Source: Protoeuglena noctilucae
Lineage: Eukaryota
Assembly: GCA_958009085.1 (NCBI GenBank)
Contig: OY253687.1
Coordinates: 434,001 to 498,000 of the forward strand
Length of the DNA: 64,000 nucleotides
Reading direction: 5' to 3'
The position numbers and the translations under genes were made by a program. The notes beneath the pieces were generated by a model. It saw only the letters and a list, made by a program, of their open reading frames with translations, had not been told where the DNA came from and did not search any database. The stretch's first letter is position 1; every line of letters starts with the position of its first letter. Shown here one piece after another: positions 1 to 16,580 of the stretch.

Positions 1-126
1 CAGCCTTGCGCTTGAAACTACGCCACGGCAGCAGTCCTGGCCTTTTGGCGGCTCGAGGCGAGTAGTTTTGTCGCATTCGATTCCCCGAGCGCGGGGCAAG
101 CGCTGCGGCGCGTGCACTCATGGACT

Positions 127-1193
127 TCAAACCCCGTACAGGTCGCGCAACGCGGCAACCCGGGCACCCACACCCTCTTTGGCGTCGTCTGGTACTGCAG
201 GGGATGCAGGCGATGAGCTATAGCCACGGCACGTCGGCATCACGCGCAGATGCAACGCACATCGCACACGTCCAGGCCTCACCGCTCTCCATGAGGCCTC
301 GCACGGCGTCCTTCGCGGCACGCGAGATGAGCTTGACGTTGAGGGAGAACCGGCCCCCCTGCGCCAGCGCCTCCATGTAGCCGAGTGCGGCGCTGCCGTG
401 CTCGGGTGAGCTGCGCCCGAACTCCGCGAGCGCCACCAGGATTTCCGACAACAAAGGCCCGTTAATCTCCACCTTGAATATACTGCGTCGAATGCGGGGT
501 TCCAGGCGGCGCGTCGGGCCCTGCGCGGTCCTGGATGCGAGCGCATCGCAAATGTGGAACGGCCGTGCCACGTGCCTGGAAATGTTCTCGACACCGCACA
601 AGTCCAGGTACGCCATCTTGTCCTGCACCGTCTTGCAGTGCCTCCGCCAGTCCCGCTGGAACTCGGCAGCGTTCGCGGGCCGCTGGAGGGTCGTCGACAC
701 CGACGCCTCTATTCCCGTCGCCGCGCGCGCGGCCTCTCCCACCTCAATCCTGCAATCGCGAAGCACAGTATGCGTATTCTCAATCACCATGCAGCTGACA
801 GACGCGCCACGGATTGCACGGACGGCCTGCGGGGGCCTGCGCTTGTCACCGTGACCCATCCGGGCCGAGCACCCAGCCCCGAGAGGGACCCTCGGAGGTC
901 GCCTTCTTCCCGTCATTGATCGGTCGCAAGTGCGCCGCAGCGACCATGTTCTTGAACGTGTCGTAGTCGGCGAACTGGGCCACGGCGCGGAACTGCGGGG
1001 GCGCACAGGAAGGAAAGGCCGTTCCTTGCCTCGTCGGACCATCCTGCAGGGTCCCTTGCAATCTACACGCCGCGCTCAGTGCCACGCGCGTCACCTTCGC
1101 GTCGTTCTGGGCCTGCTTGAGGAAGTCGTCGTGGATGGCGTTCTGCAAAGCCTTGGAGACCTTGGGAGGCCTCTTAACCTCGCCTTCCGCCAT
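127..1193 (-). CDS. CCDC103: CCDC103-like dynein attachment factor (Dynein_attach_N + RPAP3_C-like domain), multi-exon
   Basis: Spliced protein MAEGEVKRPPKV...QNDAK/FRAVAQFADYDTFKNMVAAAHLRPI...PANAAEFQRDWRRH...SIFKVEINGPLLSEIL...RFSLNVKLIS; last exon ends LRDLYGV* at 127. Confidence 0.85.
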
Positions 1194-1515
1194 GTCCGAT
1201 CAGCTTGGATATGAAGAAAGCTGCAGAGGTGATGGATGGGCCAAAGAGAACTTGCAAATGCAAATGGCGATCCTTCTGCGATGACTGGAAGATATCCGGC
1301 AGATTTCCGATGCAGTGGAGGATCGCCTCAGCAACAAAGACACATCAGTGGCACCTCCGGATCCAGGGAGCCCCATTTGGTACGCGAGGGAGGAAGGGCC
1401 GGCAGTGAAACCGCATGTACTGTCACGCTCAAAGGCCGCGAGCGGTGCTCGCGTTGGCAGATGACAGAGACACCGTCGAGAAATGAGTGGCTGGGCGCCT
1501 CGCCGGCTGGCGACG

Positions 1516-2623
1516 ATGAGCATTCGTAAATTCCTGGTGCCCCGAGCGGTCGAGGGCGTACCGGCTTCGAAGAAGCCCCGGCTGGCGGATACCAGGGATA
1601 GAGACGGGGATAGAGACGGGGCAGGAGCGTCGACGCGCAGCGGACAGCAGTGCGTGGACGGCCGCCCGGGGCGCACGCAGCTGGGGGACGGCGCTTGGGT
1701 GGACTTCGCACCAGGCCGGTTGGCAGACCCGCACGGCGAGATCTTTCGGATATTAGAGCAGGAGATTGACTGGAAGCATGTACGTCTTCGCGTGTTTGGA
1801 AGGGAGGTGGACCAGCCTCGGTGAGTTGGTGTGAGCAACAGTCACGGAGCAGGGAGCGTGCTTGCAACGCGCGTCCCCATGCAAGCACCAGCTTCGCTCC
1901 CCAGGCTTGTCTGTTACATGGCCGACCGAGTTCCAGGCAGGGACATGAGCTATTCGTATTCAGGACTCTCGCTGGAGCCGCAAGTAAGGGATCAAGGCAC
2001 TGCAAGGGGTGCATCACTGTGATGCCATGCACCTCGAGCCCCTCTCAGTAACCCCTTCCTCCATCACTGCAGCCCTGGCACCCCGAGGTCCTCCGAGTGA
2101 AGAAGGCAGTTGAGGAAATGGCGGGGGTGACATTCAACAGCGTGCTGGGCAACCTGTACCGAAACGGCAACGACAGCTGCGGGTGGCACGCTGGTGAGTT
2201 TGCGAGCACTCCTGCGGCTGGATGCGCGCAAAGCAGGCAGCACAGCGCACAGCACACCTCTCTCCGCCACACCCACGCGTGCCACCTCGGTTCCCCCACT
2301 GTCCCCCTGCACAACACCTTTACCACACCACATCCTCTCATCCCCGTATCCCCACGTCCCCCGCAGACAACGAGAAGCTGTACGGCCTGAACCCAGTCAT
2401 CGGCAGCGCGTCGTTCGGTGTGCCCCGCGACTTCATCCTCCGGAGGAATGCCGATCGCAGCCAGAAAGTGCCGTTTCATCTGGGCCCAGGGGACCTCCTG
2501 GTGATGGGCGGCACGTGCCAGCACACGTGGCAGCACAGCGTGCCGCCCCGGCGCCGTGTGGAGGGCGCACGCATCAACCTGACCTTCCGCACCATCGTCG
2601 CAAGAGAGGCGTCCGATGCATGA
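1516..2623 (+). CDS. AlkB family 2OG-Fe(II) dioxygenase (ALKBH2/3-like), multi-exon
   Basis: FNSVLGNLYRNGNDSCGWHA/DNE (HxD split by an intron) and WQHSVPPRRRVEGARINLTFR. Confidence 0.9.
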
Positions 2624-2728
2624 TGGATTTTGGGACCACATGTGCCGTTCCGTTCTCGTCTCAGCGATACGCTTCAAGGCCCCTGCACCCAGCTGCCCTG
2701 CACCCCGCTGCTCGCCCCTAGCATGCCA

Positions 2729-5700
2729 TCACGCTTTGGCAAACCCCTTCCCCGATGCGTTCACCAGCTTCTTCTTCCTCCGCACCTTCCCCGGAGTCAC
2801 CGGCCGAGGTCCAGTCCCCGACAACGTCGTCTGCGTGGGCGGGCAGCAAGCCAGTCAGCTAGTTAACTCTTGTCGGCCAGCACGTCGGTTGTGTGGGCGG
2901 CAGCCAGTCGACTCCCTTCCCTGACTACACTTATACATACTCAAGTATAGTTGGCTAGTTTGGCTAGCCAAATAGTTTGCCAGTGTTTGCCTTTGCCAGC
3001 ACCCTCGCCCTCACCTTAATGAGCTCGTCGTCGCCCATCATACCCTGGGGCAGCGCCCCGCCCATGGCCAGCATCTTGGTCACGCTCTGCATCCGGATGC
3101 GCAGCTGCGTGAACACGCCGATGAGGTCCGCCACGTCCTTCTCAGACCGCCCCGACCCCCGCGCCACCCGCCGCCGTCGCGAGGGCGACTTGGCCAGCAA
3201 CTCCGGCTGCTCCCGCTCTTTCGGGGTCATTGAGTTGATCTGAGAGAGCGACACAAGCAAGGGCTTCCTGCCTGGTGGCCATCCCTACCCCCACCCTGCC
3301 CCGCCCCGGCTGAGGCACATACAGCCATGCTTGCTGTGCTCGTCCTGCCCTGCCACGCCTCATGCACGTACTGATATGCTTGGTATCATCATCGCCACCC
3401 CGTCCCGCCTCACCATCGACTCGTACACTTTAAATTGCTTCTCCGCCATCGCCAGCTGCTTTTCCGAAATGGCGCTCATGCCCGGGAGCATCTTCATGAC
3501 CTGGCTCATCCCCCCCATGCTGGTCACGGCCTTGTACTGGGCCAGGAAGTCCGTGAAGTCGAACTTGGCCGTCATCAGGCGCTTCATCTGGTACTGCGGT
3601 AGATGAAGAGAGGGAGATGAAGATTCGGCAGCGACGTCAGCGCAGTATCCTACCGGGTCCCACCGGTGCTCGTCCACCTAACCAACGCCCCAGCATCACC
3701 GGCACCCAGCGATGCACCGCAGCAGCCCATCGCCCTGCAATCACTGCCCGCACCAGCACCACCCATGCACGCTGCCACCAAGTTATGACAGTCATCCCAG
3801 GATAAATACTACCCTTTGACTTCACCAAATGGATAAGGTAGGACGAGATAGGACAGAATCGGATAGGATAGCGCGAAACCCTCACCTCGGCCTCCTCCTC
3901 TGCAATCGCCTCCTCGGCCTTCTCCACCAGAGACAGCACGTCGCCCATTCCCAGGATGCGCTGAGCCATGCGATCGGGGTAAAAGACCTCGAGCGCCTCC
4001 ATCTTCTCGCCCACGCCCGTGAATTTGATGGGCTTGCCTGACGTGGCGCGGACCGACAGCGCGGCGCCGCCGCGGGAGTCGCCGTCCAGCTTGGTCAGGA
4101 TCGCACCCGTCAGCGACACCTGCGAGAGACCGGAGAGGGGGCATGAAGGCGCATGGGATGACCAGCTAGGTGAACGTGAAACAGCCACAGCGCTTCCATA
4201 CGCCCGATCCGCATTCCAGTAAGCACCACAGCCCCCATCGCCCCGTCATCTCACACTCGCCTGTTCGCTGAAGGCCTTGACCAGGTTGGCCGCTTCCTGC
4301 CCCGTCATGGCATCCACCACCAGCAGCGTGTCCGTGGGCTGAACGGCGGCGCTCGTCTCCCGCAACTCCGCCATCATCTGCGAGCGCCAACAATATGTCT
4401 TTGCATTTCGACCGTCACTAAACGCAACAGCCATGCTATGAGCAAGCCGCCGCCCGACCGTGCCCACCCGCAGCCACTGCCGGGCTTACGCACACCGCCG
4501 AGTGCGCAGTTCCCCAAACCAGCATGCCTTCGACCTCGTCATGCAAAACAAGTGTCTTGCCTCCAACGCTCACCTCGGCATCGACCTGCAGCCGCCCCGC
4601 CGTGTCCACGATGACCACATCCACGCCCCGCTTCACGCCCTCCTCCACGCCCCTCCTGGCAATCTCCGGTGGGGCCACGCTCGTGCCCAGCTCAAACACC
4701 TCCGTCTCCGTCTGCTTCCCCAGCTTGACCAGCTGCGTCGGGGCAGGCGGTGGCGGGCGCGTCAACAGTGGGTCGACAGGACAGTCACAGTGGGCAACAA
4801 CTGCCCCTAGCTAAGCGACGGGGCATGCCGCACGCTCGATGCCGCGACTCCTGCGCGTTGCAAGATACTAGATTGCAATCTGGCAAGGCACTAGATCGCG
4901 ATCTGGCAACCAGAACGGACCTGGTCGATGGCGGCGGGGCGATAGACGTCCGTGGCAACCATGAGCACACGCTTGCCCTGCTTGCGGAGGTACATGGCCA
5001 GCTTGCCGCACGCCGTGGTCTTGCCCACGCCTTGCAGCCCCGCCATCAGCACCACGGCGGGCTGCTTGGCCCCTCGGGGCGGGTTGAGGCCTGCAGGCAA
5101 GGGCCGAGCACACCTGGGCATCTGCACCAAGCCAGCCGTTGCTTTTGGCGACCGGGCGAGGTACTGCACTGTGCAGGGAAGAAGGAGCACACACGACGTC
5201 CCTCACCCGCTGCCTCGGAGCCCATGAGAGCGCGCAGCTCATCGTACACGACCTTGATGAGCTGCTGCCCAGGCGTCACGCCCTTGACGACCTCGACGCC
5301 CGCGGCCTTCTCCTCGACGCTCTTCACAAACGCGCGCACGACCGGCAGCGACACGTCAGCTTCCAGCAGGGCCCGGCGGATGTCGCTGCGGAGCCGCGGG
5401 GCGGCGGGAAACGCGGTCGTAAGCTTGGCACGCCCGGTGGACGTGCAGCGCTCGCTGCATGCAACAGCGCGGCGCAGTCTCACCGAAGCGGCTCCTTCAC
5501 GTTCTCTGGAGTGAGCTTAGCGTCCGGTCCCAGCTTCTCAATCGCCTTGGTGAGGTTGCGGCTCAGATTGTCGAACATCGACACCCTCGCCAGCAGCAAA
5601 TCCCCGCGGCGAGCGTTCCCCGCGCGATCCGCGGGACCTCTCCGAACAAAGGAAAACCGAGGCATCGGCCTGTGCGACGTGGGCGCCGCAATCGCTGCGA

Positions 5701-5770
5701 GAACGGGCAGCAAGACCGTGGGCCGGCTTCGCGGAGCCGGTGCGCGCATCGCGTTCGCCGAGATGCGCAT
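2729..5770 (-). CDS. cpSRP54: Chloroplast signal recognition particle 54 kDa protein, multi-exon
   Basis: Transit-peptide-like N-terminus, [30 protein letters not shown]-loop, [22 protein letters not shown]-domain [13 protein letters not shown]; ends GKGFAKA*; start codon approximate. Confidence 0.93.
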
Positions 5771-6410
5771 CGGGGCGCCGCCGACAGGCCCAAGCGGCAT
5801 GTACCTTGAATGGCGACCCTGGGTCCCGCCACCGGTTGGGCGCACCGTTGGCTGCCTGCGGATATATCTCAGGGGTGGCTGCTCGGCCCCGCGAGGCTGT
5901 TGGCGCGGTCTGGGCAGCCAGGTGAGGTCTACCTAGACGACAGCGTCTAAAGCGCCATCGAAGCAGCCGCGCAAGCGTTGATGGGCGCGGCAGACCCACC
6001 CAGGGGGCGAAGCCCAACGATGGGGCTCATCATGACAGCCATCGGGCCGCTTGTACGGCCTGGCAGCAGGCTTCGGAGCTTGCAAGGAGCGCCCTTCGCT
6101 TCTCAGCGACGGATTTCTAGGCAGGCGAAGTCGATACACCCTTGCGCACGTTCAATGCACAATGGCCCCGTGCCCCTCGAGGCCAATTTGGATGCGCTAG
6201 CCGAGCAAAACCTCCGCGTACGAACGAGGAAGACGAGCCAGAAGAGCAGCCTCAGCTGCGCCTCACGATGGCGTAGGAAACTCGACGCAAGAGCGGACAC
6301 TGCGTCCGCTTGGCCAACTGCTGGACCGATGGTGTAAAGACAAGCAAAGGCGATAGATGCCTACACAGGCCCCGCTTACCCACATCCCGATTATCAACAG
6401 GGAGCGTCAA

Positions 6411-8337
6411 TTAGTACGGCACGTTCTTCGGGAGGTCCCTGATGACGTTGCCCCGCGTTGCCTGCATGGAAAAGCACGCTCAAAGCTTGACTGTATTGCT
6501 TCGAATAAACGCAATCTGCAGGAAAGCAAATCACGCGTCCCCCGCGCGCACCTGGTTCTTCATCTGCCGGTGCTGGACCTGGGCGCTCTTACGCTGCGCA
6601 AAGGCCTCCCGCTTTTCCACCGTCGTCTGCTGTGTCGGCAAACTCATATCCCGGTACTTGGCCACCGTCTGCCGGACCACGGCGGACTGGCGCGTGTCGG
6701 GGAGCCGGGGCCGCTGCCGGTAGTACCTGCGGAGGCGGTGGCGGAAAGCACTCGCTCCCTGACCGCAGCTACGGCCGCGGGCGTCGAACAAGCCGAGTTA
6801 CAAGCGCGGCATCTCACCGGAGGAACTCGCGCGTCCCAAGAATTTTAAACGTCCCCGCGAGGCTGTCGCTGATCGTCAGCTCGTACCCCGACGCCGTCAC
6901 GCCCACTTCGATGTTGGAGAGCTGCTTCTCCTCCTCCGCCCGGCTGTAGTCGTAGAACTCCTCGTACTCCTCCTCGTTATCGTCGTAAACTGCAGCGCGA
7001 GGGAGGATGAGGCGTTGCTGCGGCTGCAGCCGCACCATCATCGCGTGCCAGCGGCAGGGCAACCGCAGCAACCAAACGAGCCGGCATCGCGGCCACCCAG
7101 CGAAACCCCGCGACGACGCACCCATGAAGCACTTGTTGGAGTCCAGCATGTGCTGCTGCACGGCGCGCAGCGATCGGAACTGCTTGCCGTCCGGGTCGTC
7201 GCCTCGCACGTACAGCGGGAAGTGCCCGACCGACAGCTTCATCCCCAGGTAGCGCACGAGGCCCTCCGGGTCCTTCAGGAACTCGGCGTCTGGCAAAAAG
7301 AAGCCGTGCGCCTTGTACATGTGGTCCAGGTTGCCCGAAAAGGCGTCGTGCCCTCTGCGCGGAGGGCGGACAAGAGCGGTGCGCGCCGGGTGCCAAAGCC
7401 GCGAGACCTCGGACAGCCTGTCACCTATCCGCGCTCACTTGCTGCAGAAGAGACACCGCTTCTCGTCCCACTCCTCCCACTGCGCGTCGGCGGAGCCCTC
7501 GTCGGACGCCGTCTCCCAGTCCCCCGAGGCATCGTCGTCTTCGTCCGCCTGCGGTGACGAACGACATATCTCACGAGCATGCACCAGGCAAGCCAACGCG
7601 GCGGAGCTGAGCAAGAGCCAGCACGGGCCCAGTGTGGGGGCCAAGAGACGCACCCGAGCCTGCCCGTCTGCCGCGGCCGGGACCTGCGGGCGCTCCGCCG
7701 CAGGTGCCGCGCGCACGATGACCTCGGGCGCGGGACCTCCCGACTTCTTCACCAAATCCCGGTACTTCTTGGACTGGGTCCACGCCCGGTACGTGTTCTC
7801 CGAGCTGAACTTCTTGTTCGTCAGCGGGCAAATCCACACGCGCGCCTGCGCAGACGTGCTAGCCCCCAGCAGCTGCGCCTTCCGGGCCTCGAACCACTCC
7901 TTCGACACGGGCGGAAGGTCGGCGGCACGGCGCTGCGGGCGGGGCCGAGCGCGCGATCGACGGCGGGCCCTCGAGCTCGCAGAACGTCACCGGCCGGAAA
8001 AACAGAGATCGACCGCGTAGTCTACGCAGCGCGCGGCCGCCGGGGCTCAACCGCAGCTCGCCTTCAGGTTGCACCGGTGGAAGTCGCTTCGGTAGTGCTC
8101 CTGCAACGACTCCTTGTCCGGGAAATACGTCCCCGAGGTGCTGCAGTAGAACCCCTGTCCGGTCGCTTCCGCGGAGGGGCCCAAGGGGGACCGAGCGACG
8201 TTGCCCGGGCCACCCGCAGCAGCCACCCCGGCCGCAGCGAAGGCAGCGGACGGGGGGGCAATCTCGTGGGGTGCTGCAGATGTTGAATGGTCAGGCTCCT
8301 CGCCGAAGATGGCCCAGGGGTCCTCCTCCGCGGCCAT
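6411..8337 (-). CDS. REI1: Pre-60S ribosome maturation factor REI1/ZNF622, multi-exon
   Basis: HYRSDFHRCNLK/RRAADLPPVSKEWF, HMYKAHGFFLPDAEFLKDPEGLVRYL, LGTREFLRYYRQRPR, ends NVIRDLPKNVPY*. Confidence 0.92.
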
Positions 8338-9407
8338 GGTCGAGGAAGTAGGTCACAGCGCCTTGACGCGTCAAGAGCGGGGAACGTAGCTAGCAGCGCC
8401 GTGTCACCGGATGTGTCAAAGGATGCGGCGTCAAGAGTCACGCTGCTTAGGCTTCTACTGCCCCCAGGCCAGGCCCCTGACAGCGTGCCACCGGGCGCGT
8501 GTCGCAGAAGGGCATACGATGGGGCACGCCGCCTGGGGTGCGGAGCGCCATTTTGCTGCAGAGCTGCTTCTGTGGATTGTCCAGAGGTCGGCCAGTCGTT
8601 TATCAGGGGCACGGGGAGGGAGTGCAAATTTCTGCATACGGCGTGCCCACACCTGCTGTAGCCCCGGTCCGCGCGTCACGGGAGGTTAGATAGTACGATA
8701 GCGGGTACCCCGCCGAGCTCTCCGCTGCGGGGATGGTGCGCAAGCAGGTGTGTTCATCGACGTTGACCGGTGCCCTTCCCTCCGGGTCAAAGCCGCCCAC
8801 GCCTTCGGGCGGCTCGTAGCCTTGCGCAGCACAGATGAGCGAATCGAGTTGTGGGAGGGCAGCTGCGGCCGCGCTATGGGCTATCTTGGCGCGGCAAGGC
8901 GGTGACATGGGAGGGTTGGGACTTGTGCCGTGTATCGGCCGCAACCCGCGAGGGGTTTGTCTTCCGCCTGCGTTAATTTTTCATACCGGAGCCCGATGGG
9001 ATGCCTGGCGGCCCCTGTTGGGTCCCCCGCCGGCCTGCTCTCCCGGTCGGGCGGGCCCCAGTGCCGCTGAAGGACTTCAGAACCCTTGGCGCCTTGGTCG
9101 AGACAAACACTCTTCGTTTATCTTTGCGCGGCCTAGGCTTTCCGGTTGTTTCGCACCCTCGTTTCCTCGATCGCGGATGGGTTTGACTTGCGCGGGCGGG
9201 GAGGGCTGCATGCGCTCACCCGCTGCAAATGGTCATAGCTGAGGTGCTTTCCGCCGCGGGTGGATGCACGCGTTTTTGGGGTGGAGCTCGTGCGGCCCGC
9301 TGGGACCCAGTTTTCGCTTGCGTGGACCTTGATGCGGCTGCTGAGGGCGGGACCTAGCTTGCTTGGCCGGCGGGCCGGGCGCTTCGGGCCCCGGGGGGCG
9401 GAGAAGC

Positions 9408-12400
9408 ATGCGGGGCGACGTGCGCCAGCCCGAGGCCGTTGACCCTCGACTCGCGCCCGCGTCCCGTCCCTCCGCGCAGGGTGGGGACGAGCGGCCAGCC
9501 AACTTGGCGGGGAGCGCCCGCACCGCCCGACGGCCCTGGCGCTGGCTTTGCTGGTGCAGCAAGCGGGCGCCGAGGCTCCGGCGCAAGTCCTCGAGCGTTC
9601 GGCCCGCGGACGTAGCGGACCTGCTTGGGTCTGAGAAGAAGGACAAGCAACGGGCATCGCAGGCGAGTCCGGGAACCGGAAGCCGGAGCGGGGGGCGGCG
9701 CTACATGGCGCCACCAGGTTCACTCGTTGTCCTGGCCGCCGCCGGCCCCGCTGCGCTTCCCTGACCATGTGCATGTCCGGCTCTTTTCTCTCGCTGAGCG
9801 GGAGCAGCGCACGCAGTCTTCTCCGCAAATGCTCGCGCTGCTGGCTGCCCCGTGATGCCGCGCCTCCCCGCCCTGCCTTCCAGGACCCGGAGATCAACCG
9901 CGGTGGGGAAGCGGAGCGGCTTCGGTCCGTTGACGACGCCGCCGAGTCGAGCGCGAAGGGCGATTTGAAGCCGGTCGCGCTCTCGGAAGACGCCGCGCCG
10001 CTTTCCGACCAGACGAGCGCGTCCGAGCGGTGCGGGGCCCCGCGCGCCTCACTTGGCATGTATTCCTCCTTTCCTGCGGCTCGTGCTAAACACCCACCGC
10101 CCCCGTGCCCGAACGCGCAGGGTCCTGGCCTCCATGTGGGGCAAGGCAGAGACCAGCAACCGCGACAGCGGCCTGCACAAGGATCCTCTGGCCAAGCCAA
10201 ACTGGGACGGGGAGGAGACGGCGAGGAGCGACGACGGGGAGCCCGTGGATCGCGGCCAGCAGGGGAGCTACCGGGCCAGCGTCATTGCGCAGCCCGTCAA
10301 GGTCGGGAGGTCTTCCGAAGGCCCGCAGCTCGGCGCGTCGCGGAGCGGAGCGCCACCAGATCGGGCCCTGAGCGAAGCGCTGCCGATGCCGGCGCCCGTC
10401 AGCAAGCCCCTGATGCACGTGCCTACCCGCAACTCCAATGGCGCCATCCATATTCAGCGCAACCGTTCGATGGACGAGGACGAATTGGACGATGGGGCCG
10501 CGTCCATGGGGCCTGAAGGTGCTGCCGACGCGCGGGCGTTGACATGATGTGCACTTGCCGAACATGTGTGCTCCCCTCGCTGTGCCTCGCGCTCGCTCCG
10601 GAGTTGACGGGACGACCGCAAGCCTGGGGCTTTCCCCGGACTGCGCATCAGGAACGGCCTTCGTTTCCGCGTCTCGCAGGGGACGCGCGGGCGCAGTGGA
10701 GTGACGTGGGCCCTGCCCCCGAGGGTAGCCCCGATGAGCTGTTCCTTTGCCTGAGGGTTGTGGCGTTGCCGAACGGGAAGAGCGGTGGGATAAAGATTGG
10801 TGAGGAACTGGCGTTGCATAACACGCTGCTGTCAACGATTGGCTGGGCCTTGGGCGCGGCGTGGGGGTGGCATGCGCGCACGGGGTGAGCTGTCCCAGGC
10901 TCGGCATGATAGGCGTGCTTGAGGCCCTCCCGCGCCGCAGTGCACCCGGGGGAAGGCGAGATGTGCAAAATCGGCCGTCACTGGCGCTGCGGGCTCGTGG
11001 TGGACGACGGGGAGGTCTCTGGCGAGCACTGCGTGGTGGCGTGGTCTGAGGACTCGCCCACGGGGTGGGTGGTGGCCGACCTGGGGAGCCTGAACGGCAC
11101 GCGGCTGAACGACGAGAGCATCGGCGTCGAGGGGCGCATTCGCGGCGTGGAGCGGCCCCTGGGGCACGGGGACCTGGTGTCTCTGGCGTCGGAAACGGTG
11201 GTGCAGGTGTCGCTGCTGACGGAGGAGGAGGCGGAGGAGGTGGAGCTGGCGGGCGCGCCGGGAAAGATGGGGGGCGCTTTGGGCGGCAAGGGCGCCGCCA
11301 TGCTCCGGTGAGAGGCATGCAGACAAAGAGGCATGGGGTTCGTGTTATGCGTAACCTATCTCTTGCATGTCACGTCGCGCCGCTGCGTAGGCCAGCCACC
11401 CGGCGCATGTCTCAAGCCGCTGCCTTGGGAGCTTGGAAATTTACCCGGCCCTGCTGCATCACAGCCCCGCCAGGCGCTCCTAACTTGCCTGCCCTGCAAT
11501 GCGCGCCCCCCGCCCTCCCGCTCGCAGGAAGGCCAACCAGGGGGCGACGATGCGTAGGCGGGAGGACTCGAGCGAGGACGAGGGCTACGCTTTCCTGGAG
11601 CGTGGCGCGTCCCGTCAGGACCTGCGGGTCACCGAGGTCCGCGACGACGCGGGGGCATGCAGCGTCTCTGCGCCTGGGCTGCAGCTCGTGGGGTCCCTGC
11701 GGGTGCGGCAGGGGCTCAGTCACGCCCGGGACCAGCGGCCCTGCGAGGACCAGGTGGTGGTCTGCCTGCCGGCCTCTAAGGCGGGTCTGCCGGGCGGGAT
11801 CCTGGCGGTGCTGGACGGGCACTTCGGGACGCGCGCGGCCATCATGGCGCGGCACCAGCTGGCGGGCGTGGCGCAGGGCTTCTTCGCGCAGCCCCCGGGA
11901 GAGCGCGGGTACGGCCCCGCTCTCGAGACGGTCTTTGCGGACGTCGACCGGACCATCTGCGAGCAGTGCGAGGAGGGGTGCACGGCCACGGTCGTGCCGG
12001 TGTGGGCGCACGGAGGTCGCGTGCACATGCAGGTCGCCAACGTGGGCGACTCGCTGGCCGTGTTCGCTGGGTTCGGGCCCGAGGGGGACCTCGCGGCGGG
12101 GCCCGAGCCCCGGGAGCTCACGCAGAACCACCGCGTGGACCAGGACGCGGAATACGATCGGATCGCGGCGTACAACTTGCCGCCGGAGAAGCTCGGGGGC
12201 TACGAGCGGGGCCACACGCGGCTGCTGGGCTTCCAGCTTGCGCGGTGCCTGGGCGACCGGATGTTCAAGCAGGAGTGCCCCGCCATCGTCTCCAAGCCCA
12301 GGTGCGATGCCAGCCGTTGCGACGCGTGCCGTCACCGCGCTCCCTACTGAGCTCGTAGCTCTCATGCCCCGCACGTGGCGTGGGCAGGACTCCCAGCCAC

Positions 12401-13326
12401 CCGTTCGTCGCCGCACGTTGCGAACGGCACCTTTCGTGTCCTTGTATGCTCGCAGCGTGTCTGAGGTGGTAGAGGTGCCATCAACGGGCGGGGTGCTGAT
12501 CGTGGCGTCGGACGGCCTCTGGGACGGCATCACCACCACGGAAGCTGCCAACATGGTCCGGCAGATGATTGCGGGGCCTCGGGACATGGTGCCAGAGAAG
12601 GTGGCGGAGGTGAGGCCGTGAGCGAGGACGCCGCTCTGCGTTTGGGCTGTGCGCAAGACGGTGCAAAGCCCTGCAGGGGATGTTAGGACTGGGAACTGTA
12701 CGCGGCTTACACATCGACCGGCTGCTGCTGATGCAACCAACTGGATGAAGTCCTCCTGCATCCCACAGCTAGTATCACTAGTCATGACTTGTTCGAGCTT
12801 ACCCGCAGGCACGCGACAAGCTGGTGGAGAAGGCTTTGGAGAATCGATCCAAGGACGACATCTCCGTGGCTGTCTTCGTGTTACACCCGCACATCGCCAC
12901 CACCAAGGACACCTCGACGAATGGGCGCGTCCGAAGCGTCCCCAGGCGAGTGTCGCTTGCGCTGACTGTAACGTCGCCCTCTGCGCCCATCTTAGCACCA
13001 AACATGGGGTAACATGGCGTGTTGGATGGGGCCCGACGAACCGCGTCACGTTAGGTTCCAGATGGAACAAGCAGTACCAGCGAGCACCAGCAGGAAGACC
13101 AGTTGCGGGACAACTCGCCTGTGCCGTATCTCGCTCGCAGGGACGAGCGTGAGGGCATGTCCGAGTCGGACACTGATTCGGACCGCGAGCGCCCCCGAAC
13201 GCGGTCTGGCACCCTGGGGCTGCAGCCGGCGCCGTCGGGTCTGCAGCCCATGGGATCGCAGGAGACGTCCCTGGGATTGAACGGCATCAAAGCCGACCCC
13301 AAGCTGCTCGAATCGCTGAAGCTGTG
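9408..13326 (+). CDS. FHA domain + PP2C phosphatase (KAPP-like), multi-exon
   Basis: FHA: KIGR...VSGEH...DLGSLNGTRLN (10941-11307); PP2C motifs CED, LDGHFG, NVGDS, ARCLGD, ASDGLWD, SKDDISV; 5' exons inferred from splice phase only. Confidence 0.8.
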
Positions 13327-13562
13327 AGACCCTTTTTGTTGGTTGCTCATCCTCCTCCCTTGCCGTGCACGTGCGGGCCAGCGGATCGTCGTGCACTGCC
13401 TCTAGATGCGTCGCCCGCCGCCTCGGTCTAGGTCGGTCGTGCTGTGGTGTTGAAACGTGAGATCTCTGTCGTGCATCGGGCGCTTGAGTGCCGCCTTGGT
13501 CGCTCGCTGGGCTCCAGAAGCTCGGCCTGGAGAGGCGCCTAGGCTGGCTACGAGAGGGGATC

Positions 13563-16323
<2,761 letters not shown>

Positions 16324-16580
16324 TGTCAGATTGCGGGCCGCCCAGGCGCAGAGCCCGCTGCCCGCTGACACCCTAGGGTGTCACCCAGAGGTGCGGGTTT
16401 TTTCGAGGCTTGGGAAGGCGGAGGCAGACTGTGCGTTGCGCTGAGCCGACTCGATTCAAAAGAACGGCGCGCAGCGCCATGGCGACCTGTCCGGCTGCTG
16501 CTGCTGCGTGGCTGCGGCTTGCTACCAAACTCGTCCTGCGGCCTGCTCGATCCCCCTGGATGCGTGGCAACCTACAGTGC

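Noticed and set aside
8450..9240. Possible small minus-strand gene (ORF 8603-8944 and a donor at ~9219)
   Set aside because: No consistent exon chain or recognisable motif; left unannotated
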